From Chrysomallon squamiferum (Eukaryota; Animalia; Mollusca): a DNA stretch of 64,000 nt. This document shows, piece by piece, positions 13,859-26,540 of the stretch. The notes below the pieces were generated by a model. That model saw only the letters and a list, made by a program, of their open reading frames with translations, was not told where the DNA came from and made no database searches. Made by a program: the position numbers and the translations under genes. The DNA lies in the NCBI GenBank assembly GCA_012295275.1, contig CM022670.1, positions 7,750,001 through 7,814,000 of the forward strand, written 5' to 3'. How positions within the stretch are numbered: position 1 is the stretch's first letter; every line of letters begins with the position of its first letter.

Positions 13859-15416
13859 TCATAAAGGTGTTTCTTTTTTCAGGGGTAATCCATTTGGCCT
13901 GACAGGAGTTTTACCATTGGCTGGTACTGCTCCTGGGGCTATATTTGTGTAACCATTGGTATGAACTGGACTGGTCAGCGACTGAGTCCCATCTCCTGAC
14001 AGCTTGTTATAATGAGACGAGTGTCCATTCAGTCCGTGGACTGGAGACTTTATGATGTCTGCATTCACACTGGGACTTTTCGTGATTTTTGGATTCGTAA
14101 CAATTCCGTTTCTCTTTCGTCTCATTTCAGGTGATCGCAAGTGAAGTCCACTCTGCCCCATCACCATCTTGGTGGGTGAATCAGGAACGAGTCCCCGCTG
14201 CTGAAGTAAACTCTTCTTCATGTTCTGAAAGTGGGAAGGGTTGATTTGCCATATTGGCTCCTCATTGTTAATTAGCTCGACGTTGGGATTTGTGATAATG
14301 TTGATTGTCTGTGAGATCTTTTCTTGTTTCAGGCTGGCAAATTTCACAGGAGAAGGAGCTAGGAGGTTAATGTTCCGTTCACTTTCAGGAGACAAACGAA
14401 TATCCGCAGACATTTTTGGAATTTCTACAATGGGAGATGTCGGAGGGGATTGCACAGGGCTCTGAGGTTCACTCACAGGGGAGAGAACTCTGCTAATTGG
14501 CCTAGACCGGTTTTTGCCCATGGAACATTGCTGTAGTTGTTGTGTGAAGGTCAGACACTCATGGTCAGTTGACTTGACCATGTTAGCTAGGTTCCCACTC
14601 TGAGAACTTTGATTGGTGGATGACGTCATATTGCTAGATGATTTAGAAGAATTGTTTGAATGATAAGATTTCCTACGATCAAATGTTGACTCAGGTGAGT
14701 CCGAAGGTGAAGTGTGCAAAACGTTGATGTGGCCGACAGCTCTGTTGCTACCTTTAGGTGGATTAGTGGTCAGTGGTTTGGTCTCGTTACTTGAATTAGA
14801 TGAAGAACTACGACTCTTTGACCCATTGACTGGGCTTGCACCAAAGTCTTCCAGAATCTTACACACAGTATTGTGTCCACTTTTCATGGCCACTCTTATG
14901 GGCGTCCGGCCAAACTGGTCAGCATGATTTGGATTTGCATGATACTGCAGCAACACATGCACAACATCCTCATGGCCTTCCTGAGCAGCAATGCACAACG
15001 CTGTTGCCCCCTGGTTACAGGTATGGTCAACATAGGCACCTTTCTCCAGCAGGAGTTTGACAACTCTCTCATGACCCTGCCATGCAGCTGACTGCAAGGA
15101 TGTCCTCTGATCATTGTCCACAGCATTGACGTTGGCACCGTGGGTGATAAGCAACTCTGACATCTGGTAATGACCTTGCCAGGCGCTGACATGCAAGGCA
15201 GTGCGACCTTCGAGGTCAACGCATTCGACATCTGCTCCACTCTCCAGAAAGAATGCAGCCATTGATAGGTGATTCTCCAGCGCGAGTATGTACAACGTCG
15301 ATCTGCCGTCAGCATCCTTGTAGTTGAGGTTGGCTCCACTGGAAATGAGAAGCTCAACAACATCCTTGTGTCCTTCAATGGCTGCCACTCGCAGAGCTGT
15401 TTTACCATCATGAGAT
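13859..15416 (-). CDS. ANKRD50: ANKRD50 last coding exon: ankyrin repeats, Ser/Pro-rich disordered region, C-terminal class I PDZ-binding motif ..KKETPL
   Basis: Acceptor TTGCAG|A at 15417/15416 (phase 2, AG+A=Arg, then SHDGKTALRVAA). Joined CDS is 2469+143+1558=4170 nt = 1389 aa + stop. The KKETPL terminus matches vertebrate ANKRD50 as I recall it. Confidence 0.93.
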
Positions 15417-16029
15417 CTGCAAGTAATTATTCTCAAACATGTAAAAACAAAAATACCTCTGAAATCAGTTTTACTCACATGTTGATGACTTGCTAAGATA
15501 TAGATATAATATATATTTTAGTGTGTGTTTGTGAATCATAAACAATAGCATCATAACAAGACTATTTCTCTCGAATATTTATCCACATATATTACATATG
15601 TATATGCTGACCATACATTTATTGTATGAATTACTTTTTACTGAACTGATTTTAGAATTTAATTTAAAATTAAGATTGTTTGTTCACAAGATTCATAAGC
15701 CAAATTAGGTGCAAAAATGTTTAGTGTGTGTGTGTGTGTGTATATTCTTTGTGTGTATGTGAGTTATGTTTATCTGTGGAGAAATAAAAACAGTGCTGTG
15801 TTAGATTTAATCAATACAAGCAGTAACTTGCAATAAATTACTACTAGTTTTACCAGAAAGTACACCCAGAGCAGTAATAACATTAATGATCATCTGACTG
15901 AAATATCTAACATGATAACACTGACTGGTTTGATAAACATCAATCACATAAATAACACCTAATATAGTTATACCAAAACTTAACAATATTTGTTGCTGTT
16001 GTTGCCATTATTATTATTTATTCATTTAA

Positions 16030-16104
<75 letters not shown>

Positions 16105-16285
16105 CTGTATTGCTGTTATTATTATTGTTATTCTTACTACATGTATTTTAGTATAGCTGTTGTTGATGATGTTGTTAATATTATCATCATCATCACTATC
16201 ATCATTATTACATATAACAAACACAAACATGAACACAAGAATCAAAATATGACAAAAGATGATGTAGGTTTCTTCTCTGGTGTAC

Positions 16286-16428
16286 CTGTGATCCATGTCA
16301 ATGCCGTGTTCTAGGAGAGTTGCTACAACAGCCACATGGCCCTCCTGTGCTGCCTGAATCAGTGGGTGTCGGCCGTCGTTGTCCACCTCGTTAATCCTCG
16401 CCCCCTGCTCTATGATTGCCTCACACAC
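16286..16428 (-). CDS. ANKRD50: ANKRD50 coding exon 2 (143 nt, ankyrin repeat [48 protein letters not shown])
   Basis: Acceptor TTTGACAG|GTG at 16429/16428 (phase 0 continues ..GHKE-VCEA). Donor CAG|GTACAC at 16286/16285 (phase 2). Ankyrin consensus is continuous across both junctions. Confidence 0.92.
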
Positions 16429-16577
16429 CTGTCAAATACAACAGTTTAATCACTTTAACAGTGTGAAATACCAGATTTAATTTACACAAACGTCTGAATC
16501 ATCAGTATCAGATGTGAGAAATAAAATATTTAAACAGACTCCAAAAATTAAAATATTCTTTTTGCAAGCGAATATGG

Positions 16578-16624
<47 letters not shown>

Positions 16625-19292
16625 GTGTGTGTGTGTGTGTGTTAATATGTATTTACTGTTGAAGAAATACAACAGACTAACAATGCCAATATATGTAAAC
16701 TTAATGAAAAAAATAATTTTCATTCATGAATCGTTTTCTTTTTTTTCTTCAGATATGGGAATGGAATAAATGACATTTTAACTTAATTATTTTCCCCAAA
16801 ACACCTCTGACTTTTGGGATTGGAATTAAGAAAGTTTTGATTCTCTGATCAAATCAAGTTGTCACAAAACAAATCTGTTTTAATTCAAGAGTCTTAAATG
16901 TGCCATCAATGTATACATTGTGTATGTATGTAAGTATGGGGTAAACAAAAAAATATGTTCATCATCTTTTTTTTAACTTTGTATTGTTATTGTTATATAA
17001 TTATTTTGAATTAATGTTATAGGAATGAAAGCTTTAATTTAAACAGAATATTGTAGCAATGGTATATTTTAATATAATTATTACAATATAATTTTCAACA
17101 CTGTATTCATCATGTGTACATTATTTGATTAACTTTTTCAATAATTCATCTGCCATTAGTCTTAACAGTACATACAAATTTATATATAATATTATCACTG
17201 GTGGCATTTTACATAATACAAATGAGTATCATTATTTATTATTTTCTTACTTGATGTAATAAAATAAAAATGTTTGATTTTACTTTGTTTTGTTCTTATT
17301 TTTTATCTTTTACTCTTTATTATTTTAACTATACATTTTATTATTTTTGTGTTTGCTTGTTCTTTTATTTACTGATTGCTAGAAAACATCTAAATTTAAA
17401 AAAAAATTCAGATGATTATATCAAAGTTTAAAGATCGGTTCAAAATTATAATTAAAATGTGAACAGACAAAAACCTGTACAGATGAAATCGCATTTTGTA
17501 AAGTTAGACATTCAGTGTAAAAATGAGAAAACTTGCACTATAAGGAAAATTATTACTTTTGTGAGCCAAATAATTTATATCTCGTTTTTGTTCTTCTTTT
17601 TTTTTGTTTTTAATATCACCTGCTGCAAGTGATGCAAGTAACAGATGTTTAGAGGCAGCTGTATTGAAAAAACTAAATTTCATTTAGCAATCACAATCTC
17701 ATTTCTGAAGAATAAGTTTTTTATTTTTTAACTCAGTTTTATAGTAACAAAAAAAAATCTAATTTTTTTTATTTATTTTTTTTGTCAGCCTTCTGCCACT
17801 CAACAGCAAATAAATAAAACTAAATGTGTTAAAACAATGCTCATTTCATGTTTTGTCTTCAGCAAAACATTTATGTTTTATAAAGAACAATACTTGAAGT
17901 GTTAAAGCTCCCCTGAATAAACAAAAAAAACAACAAACAAGTCCCAATCCACTGTAACTGTATATTTTCAATTTAAATTACATACAAGACTCAGTTAAAA
18001 GTATGTAGGATGACTCAAATGCAGACTGACAGATGTTCATCTGGATGGATAAGCAGATGAATAGATAAGTAGATGGAATGATTTATGAAATGCATACGTA
18101 CATTTATGCAGAAACACACGTGCATAAAACTAGATACACAAACACATACAAATGTACTACATATAATAATAAGCAAAAAAGATAAACATTAAAAAAAAAG
18201 ATATATATATATATATATATAAACACATACCAACATACACATGTATGTATGTATACACACACGTGCATATCTGTGTATGTAAACAGATCAGTGGGGGAGC
18301 AATTTCACACATGGAGATATGCACATTTGTACATCTCTTTGATGTTTGTCTTTTTTTTTTTACTTTTCTTTTTTTTTCAGTGATGTATTCCTTATGTTAC
18401 AATAAACCACTTATTTTTTTTCTTTCTTCAAAAGCAAAATTTTCAAAATAAAAATCAACATTGAGTTTATTGTTGTTGTTTCCAAATTGCCACTCTGTCA
18501 GTAGTAAGAAATTTTCACGACAGAAGATCTCAATAAATAAATAAATAAATAGATAAATAAATAAAACTTAAAAATAATTTTAAAAAACAATAATAAAGAG
18601 AAAAGGTAAAGTAACAAAACAGAAAAGAATAAAACTTAATTTTAAGAAAGAGAGAAATAAAAGATTAAAAAAAATGAAGTAGCAAAGATAAAAAATATAA
18701 GAAAAAAATATTAATGCAAGATACAAATTTGTTTTGAATGAAAAATATAGAAGGAAACAAAGATAAAACAAGAGAAAAAGATAAACAGAAAAACAACAAA
18801 GATAAGAGAACAAATAAAAAAAAGAAAAAAGATCAAAGATAAAAGTAACAAAAAAACTAAAAAGAAAAAAAAAAAAAAAAAAAAAAAAAATAACGAGAAG
18901 TAACAGAAACATTTTAGAATTCCTCAAATAACTGAAGAGAAAAAAAAAATAAAGTAGAAAAAAAAAATACACTGAAAAAATTGACAACATTAGAAATACA
19001 TGAATCAGTATCCAGGTAGGAATCTCTGAGTGTTATCAATTGCAGTCTTGTAAAAACATCATTCTGTAAGCAGTCTGCCAGTCTAACCATATCAAATACC
19101 ACTCAGCCATTTCCACACACTCAAAATCTTCTTCTCTTTTTTTTTTCTATAACAAGATCTCATTTCTAGCACAGATGTCTATTTATGTGAGATATGGGAA
19201 CTTAAAATATGGAGGGATACAATCAAATATGGTGGGTTTGGGATGGGAAAGGGAATAGAAAATAATTATGATGATAATATAAATGGAAGTGT

Positions 19293-19329
<37 letters not shown>

Positions 19330-19500
19330 ACTTTATTAAGTATTTCTGTTTGTGTGTGTGTAAAATGAAAATATGTCACTGAGTGCACAAATGTACATGT
19401 GTGTAATTAAGGAGATAAAAAAAACATTGGGATAACAAAATTAAACGGTCATATCTACAGCCACATCAAGAGAAGAAAAAAAAGAAGATATACTTATTTC

Positions 19501-19536
<36 letters not shown>

Positions 19537-20551
19537 AAATTATCTCACACTTTTTCTTTTTCTTTTTCTGTTTTTTTTTATCTTTTCAGACAGGATAGAA
19601 CAGGCAACAATCCTAAATATGCCACAAAAATCTCTTTAATTTTTTTTTTTTTAAACTATTTTTACGAGTTGGCTCCATGGCACCTATTCTACCGAGCGAC
19701 AAGGGATCTCAGCACAGATAAAATATCCCAATTGTGTTCCTGCTTCATTTCCTTTCACCACCTTTCATCCAGGAGCAGATAACCTCGCAGAATTACTCCT
19801 CTTCTTCGAGTTCTTCTCTGAAATTAACGCTCGCTCTGCGTGAAGCAGATGGCTACAGAAAAAAACTGTTTTGGCAGTCAACCATCAAGTAATGTTAATA
19901 CTGCCTGGTGCGTGTATGTAATCAGATTTTATATCTTTTTAAAATTGAGTATTTCTGTATCCATATAAGATAGAATAATCTATGTATTCAGTGCTTTAAT
20001 TAGTCGGGCAATGTCTGGCAGAGCTAATATATATGTGTGTGTGTGTACGTGCGTATGTATGTATAAAGAAGACGGAATCGATATTTCGGTTCCATAGTGT
20101 GGCAATTAGTGGTGTCTTTATGCACAGTAGAATTAGCCGTATATTTATACAGAGTAATTTCATTATTAATGTTTATGACATAAAAAGTTTCCCTACTTTA
20201 TTTAACAGAGTTATTTGATTATTAATATTTATCACATAAAAGTCTTTAGTGTTAAACCTCTGTGGACTGTGATTTCATTAGTGGGTTGCATTACACAAAA
20301 GCACTGAGTGTCTATTTATGTATAATAACTATGTTACAAACAATTAGTATTATTACTACCATATTAATGCTAATACTGCTACTATTGTAACAACTACTAA
20401 TGTTAGTACTCTTAGTACTACTACCATTACTACATTACTACTACTTCCATTTAATATTATTATTACTAGTACAACTACTACACAAGTACCACCACCACTA
20501 GTACAACTGTTTTTACTATTATGATTAATACTAGTATTACTATTAGTGCTG

Positions 20552-20584
<33 letters not shown>

Positions 20585-23500
20585 ATACGGCTCCATCTAC
20601 TTCAACTACCAGTACTTTTAATACTACCACTACAAACTGTTATCACTACCTCTGCCTCTATTACCACTACCACCACTAATAATTCGAAGTAGAAGATAAA
20701 GAAAATTCCTGTAATTTGCAAACCTGACACAGTTACGTTGTGTATTAGTTTTGCAGTTCCCGAGCTGTAAAGTTAGTACAGTACAAAGGTAGGAAATGTC
20801 ATGAAAAACAGGTGAGAAGTTTGTGACACGTGTTTCAAATAAAACAGTCAGACTGTGTTTCTCACTTCAGCAAGTGCCAAACTGCAGCCTCTTTTGTCAG
20901 AAATTAACAGTTTGAAAACAAAACCTGGAATTACAGAACATCATTTCTACCACAGGTAATGCAGGTAATAATGTTTATATAAACTCATAATGCGGCTGCC
21001 ATGTTTACATAAATGTGTTTTTAACATGATTTTCTTGGCAGGGTTTTCTGTAAACTATCATACTGAAATGTTTTTTAGTAAGTGATGTTAAAAACATTTA
21101 GTCAAGGAACATGCATTTCTGATGTTTCGTGCATCGTCATCTTGCTGTGAATCACAGAAATAATTACACATAGAGTAAATAAATAAGCAGACAAATAAAT
21201 AAATAATATAACAAATGGATGAATGCAAACTATTTATTTTTCTATTTTTAGTATTTATCTTTGAAAACATCCATTCATATACCTATCATTTTTTAACAAT
21301 TGCTATTTATCTATCAGTCTGTGTGTGTCTATATATATATATATATCTATTAGATTATCTGTGTCTCTGTCTGTCTGAGTCTTTATATTATTTATCCTGT
21401 ATTACATATGTTTTTATTTCAAAACATGAAGTGTATTACTCTTTTTCTTGTATCTGTATTTTACATTAATACTTGGTCTTTATCTCTCTCCCTCTGACTA
21501 TCTGTTTCATTCTCTGTATGTCTTCCTCTCATAATATTTCTCTCTTTCTCTCTGTCCTCTCTCCGTGTGTATGCATGTCTCTCTACACATTTCTTTTCAG
21601 TCATTACCATCTCATTCAGTCAATGACTAACTGTGCACCATTTATCTACCTCTTTGTCCTTTCATCATGGTGTCTGTGCCTACTCCAGCCTATGTAAGAA
21701 TGTCTGTGATAAATCAAGGAAACTTTATTCTGAATTTAACATGTCCCCTGAGTGTAACGCTGCCAGATGCTGTGAAGCTCCAGGAACATATTCATGTCCA
21801 GGGAACTAAATGATGCAGATAATTATAAAGCCAAACAGCAGTAACATCACCCTATCTGAAATGCTGATCAGGAGAACACAAATGCACAAAAATTAGTATG
21901 AAATTAAACAAGGCAAATTGAAAAGCTAATGGATTTTTTGAGCACTGAATCTGGACTTTTTCTCCCAGACCAGATGCATCTGTCCAGTACTGGTTTTTAA
22001 TGCTGAAGCAAATTGGTTGTGATGCTGCTGAAAAATAAATATAATGTCCTAGCTGTCTAGACTGAGTAATCTGTGAAGTTGCCTGAATAAATGCTGTTAT
22101 TATTCGATGTTCTGAATAACAAGCAGAAATATAAATCAGTAACTTAGTCTGCCACTATCAGTAATTGTGTAGAATCGACTAACATGAAAATAAGCCACAG
22201 AAGCCTTTTGGTATTTAGTAGATGAGGATATTAAAGAAACAGAGAAAGAGAAAATGAGAGAGACAGACAGACAAGACAGGCAGACAGATAAAGACAGACA
22301 GTCAGACAGACAAAAGCATACAGACAAGAAAGAGAGAGTAAGAGAGAAAATAGGAAAAGAGTCAGAAAAACAGAAAAATTTGAAATATTCTCTTCCTTTC
22401 ACATTCCTGGAGAAACAGGGGGAAAAAAAAAGAGAATAAATAGATTACTTTCCAATATCGTTCCATTAGTTTTTATTAACTCTGTACAGACAAAACACAT
22501 AAAAACATCATTAGACATCTGGAACTCCAAGTCATTAACATATTATTATTATAAATATATTTTTAATAACATTCCTGGTTTTTCACAGCTTGTTACAGAT
22601 GTTTCAAAAGACTAGATACACATTTTCAATCGGTTTCATCTAGAAGTCATTACCAGGACATGATCCCCTGACCGACTGCTCTTCGCACTGAAGCAGTGAT
22701 TTCCAGACCAGGTCTGTCTTACAGCAACTCCTCAGCTCACAAAACACTCTGCTGGAAATTACTTCCACATGTGATTATTTATTCTATGCTGGCCACAATA
22801 TTGACCAAATAACAGTATATGTATACACAATACTTTCTTTTACTGTACCAAGTAAGCAAAACAGTTCTGGATGACCTGAAGTAGCTGCTTAAAAACAGAC
22901 TGAACTGAGAAACCTGAAGTTAATTAGAGTCTGTATTTACACACTTTATTAATCAGTTCTTTATCTTGTTTACTCAGTGGTATTAGCATCAACCTTTATC
23001 TTTCTATCTCACTCTCTCTCTCTATCTCCCATACTTTTTCTGTTTGTTTCTTTTTCTCATTTTCTTACTCTTTTATTTTTTATTCTCTCTGTCTCTGTCT
23101 TCCTCGGTTCCCCTCTTTCTAACTCATCCTTTCTGTATCATTCAACCACTCTCAAAATATAATTTCATCAAAATATAAAATCACATTAATACATAACCCA
23201 GTAAAAATATTTATCCTACACAATATAAATAATTCAAGTACTGAATATTCCAATCACACATCATCTTTTTGAGTTAAAAAAAAAAAAAGAAAGAAAGAAA
23301 GAAAGAAAGAAAAAAAAAAAAAAAAAAAAAACATTTTTAAAATAAAAGAAATAAGTGAGGTATCATATGATTAATGGAATGTTTTAAATAGGGACAGACA
23401 AACACACAGACATGTTGTGTGTGTTTTTGTAGCAGGATACGAGAAAGTAAAATACTGAACAGAGTGAATCTGCCAGGAGTCTACAGCCATATTGATTACT

Positions 23501-23777
23501 CAGAGTTTCAGAGGAATCCTCTAAATGTAACAGAAGACTTCATCTTCCTGGAGTCTTTTATTGTAACAAGGCTCTTTGAACCCATTAATCAGTTCTTTCA
23601 TTTTGTTTAATGTCAGACAACCTTGAAATAATCAGTGCTTTACATTTGTGTCTATATATGGGTGTATGTGTGTACTTAAGTGAATATCTTTCTGTACATA
23701 TATGTATGTGTGTGTGTGTGTACCTGTGTGCATACACATCAGTATGATGTATATATTTGTGCCAGTATGATGTATAC

Positions 23778-23867
<90 letters not shown>

Positions 23868-24768
23868 AACAAACAAATACTTTTTTTACTTCTTTTTTTT
23901 ATGTGGTGTCTATACTGGGCCTAACACTTACAAACACAATTGTTGTTTTTCTATTTACCCTGACTGGTGTAAATATTTTCACAACCATAAAAGCTTGGAT
24001 AAATCTTCTGTGACAAAAGTCTTTCTTGATGTCACTTGTTTTCTTCCCAGTCAAGATAACCTTGACATTTTCTGCAGGCAATCAATACAGATAGTGTTAG
24101 CCAAACCACTGATTCCTGTTACATGAAGAAACACAACACTAAGATCTAAAATACCAATACGGTGCTTGGGGACATTTCAGAAATGATGTATGTACATCTC
24201 AAAGTATACATTTCTACCATTCACCAAACAATAATAAAAATAAATTATTTAAAATCTTGTCTTTCAAGTACCTTTCAAGTTAGTTATTTAATAATGATAA
24301 ATGTATTGCTTTATGTAAAAAAAATATATATATATTATTAGTAGTAGTAGTAGTAGTAGTAGTAGTATATGCTGTTTTTATTTTGTTGTTGTTTTTTCGG
24401 TGACAGATGCTATTTAAATAGTAATTAACTGCTATAAAGCAATAACTTACTAATTCTTTGCAAAACTCCTAAAAGAATGGAGCAGATTATTTCTTAATAA
24501 TAAAGTACCAGAGGAGCAACATGTTTCAAGATCAATACTTATTGATGTACCCTAATCAGTGTTTGCCATTTCCAGCCAGTATCACTTGATATCAAAGATT
24601 ATAGTTTCATATATGAGAATATATCTGAAAATATTATATGTACATACATAAACATCTATTATATAGACACATACATACAAATACCTACACATATACAAAC
24701 ATATTTACATACAACCATATATACACACATTCATACTTACATACAAATATACATACATACTGATAAAT

Positions 24769-24804
<36 letters not shown>

Positions 24805-26339
24805 GCACACAGATACATACATACAGAACTATGAAAACTACAAAAAGTTCTAAAGTTACATTCACTAACAGCATCATAACAAAATCACATGATGACACAT
24901 TTGGCCAATCATATAATAATAAACTAGGAGATGTTTCACTAAACATTTTCTCTAACCATCATCTGTGTTCTGTTTTCATTCCTAAGATTCCTTTGTACAA
25001 CTAACATTTTGTCAGCCTCCAACAGCCAGTCTTTCTTTTGTGTTTTTCACCCAGCTTTCACTCAAGAATCAGTAATTGAATATGATCTCAAAAAATACTT
25101 TCAGAAGTTGGATCATAATGAGAAATAAATGACATTATGGATCGTTAACAGAGTCGAAGCAGAAGAATCTAATATTGTTTTTTATACATGTGTTTTTTAT
25201 ACATAGCGAATAAACTTGAAAATAATTTATTAACTAGAAAATTTTTCCTAAAATCTTGTGATTATTTTATTGCCTAATATATCCATACACCCTATATTCA
25301 GTAATTACAGATTGGACAATGAAAATAAAAATAACATAAAAGAAATAAATAAAATAAAATGAAATAATTCATCTGCATTTTCTTTCTTAAAATCCTGTAT
25401 AGTTGGTATCAGATGTTTTTGAACATTTGTTTTCTCTCAAAACACATACACACATACCTACTTTGAAAAAAAAAGAGGTAAAAAAAGTAAATTCACCCAC
25501 TTTTCTATTCTTCTCAAAAGCCAATAGAGTGGGTAACACTTAAAGTAAAGATTTTTTTCTCAAAAGCATGTACAGTAGGACAACACACAAGGCACAGACA
25601 TTTGTGAACATTTTTTTCTCTCTCTCTTTTTTCTCAAAAGCCTATAACACATAAGAGAGAGTTATTTTCAGACACCTATCTGCCAGTGATTTGAGATCTG
25701 TAGTATAATATTTACACAGTTTTTGGTATAAAAGACTTCTGGGCTGTTCAGATGTGACATATGATCTGTCGTCACAGTAGCTGTACACTTGTATGAAGAT
25801 GAAAAGCAAACAGTTTGTAACTGCCAACACAAAGACTTGTTAGCACACAACAGCCTTTAAAGATAGGAGTTTTACAAAATAGTAACTGATTTGTACTATT
25901 TTAGATAGAAAGATAGATAGAGAGAGAGAGATAGACAGATATATTAATAGACAGATATATTAATAGACAGATAGATAGAGAGACAGACAGACAGACAGAC
26001 AAACAAAAAGATAGATATATAGACAGAGAGATAGGTAATCTGTATGATTCAAATATACACTTATTTATGCATATGTTAATGGAGACATGGGTGGGTCTAT
26101 CTGTGTGTCTGGTAATGTTTCATACACAAAAGTTTTTTATTTTTTTTGTTTTTTTTAATTTTAAATGTTACTAAGAAGTTTAGAAAAAAAAAATAACTGA
26201 CATAAAGTCATATTTAAATTTGATATCTCAGAAACAAAAATTATATATTAGTGTACTTTATTTACATGCTGAAGTATCCATAATCCTTTCTCTACATTCT
26301 TTATGGTATATCGTACTTATTTAATTAAAGATATAAGTA

Positions 26340-26540
26340 AAATAACTGACATATAATTTTAAGATATAATTAAGATATCTAACATATAACTAATTACATA
26401 AGTAAGATATTTTACATATAATTAATACATAATTAAGATCCTTACATACAATTTAAGACATAATTAAGATATTTTCCACATAATTTAAGACATAATTAGG
26501 ATAAAATATTCATAGAATTTAAGATAAAATTAAAGATAAA
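26340..26540. repeat. Degenerate AT-rich minisatellite (ACATAATT(T)AAGATAT-like units)
   Basis: Repeated CATAATTAAGAT / CATAATTTAAGA motifs. Confidence 0.7.

Noticed and set aside
14896-15411. 171-aa alternative-frame ORF and small antisense ORFs over the ankyrin exons
   Set aside because: Shadow frames of the true CDS with no independent start or splice evidence.
15417-15478. ORF-track N-terminus MSKTDFRGIF.., and run-through tails at 16018-16285 and 39883-39933
   Set aside because: They lie beyond canonical splice sites and are intronic; ankyrin homology stops exactly at the junctions.
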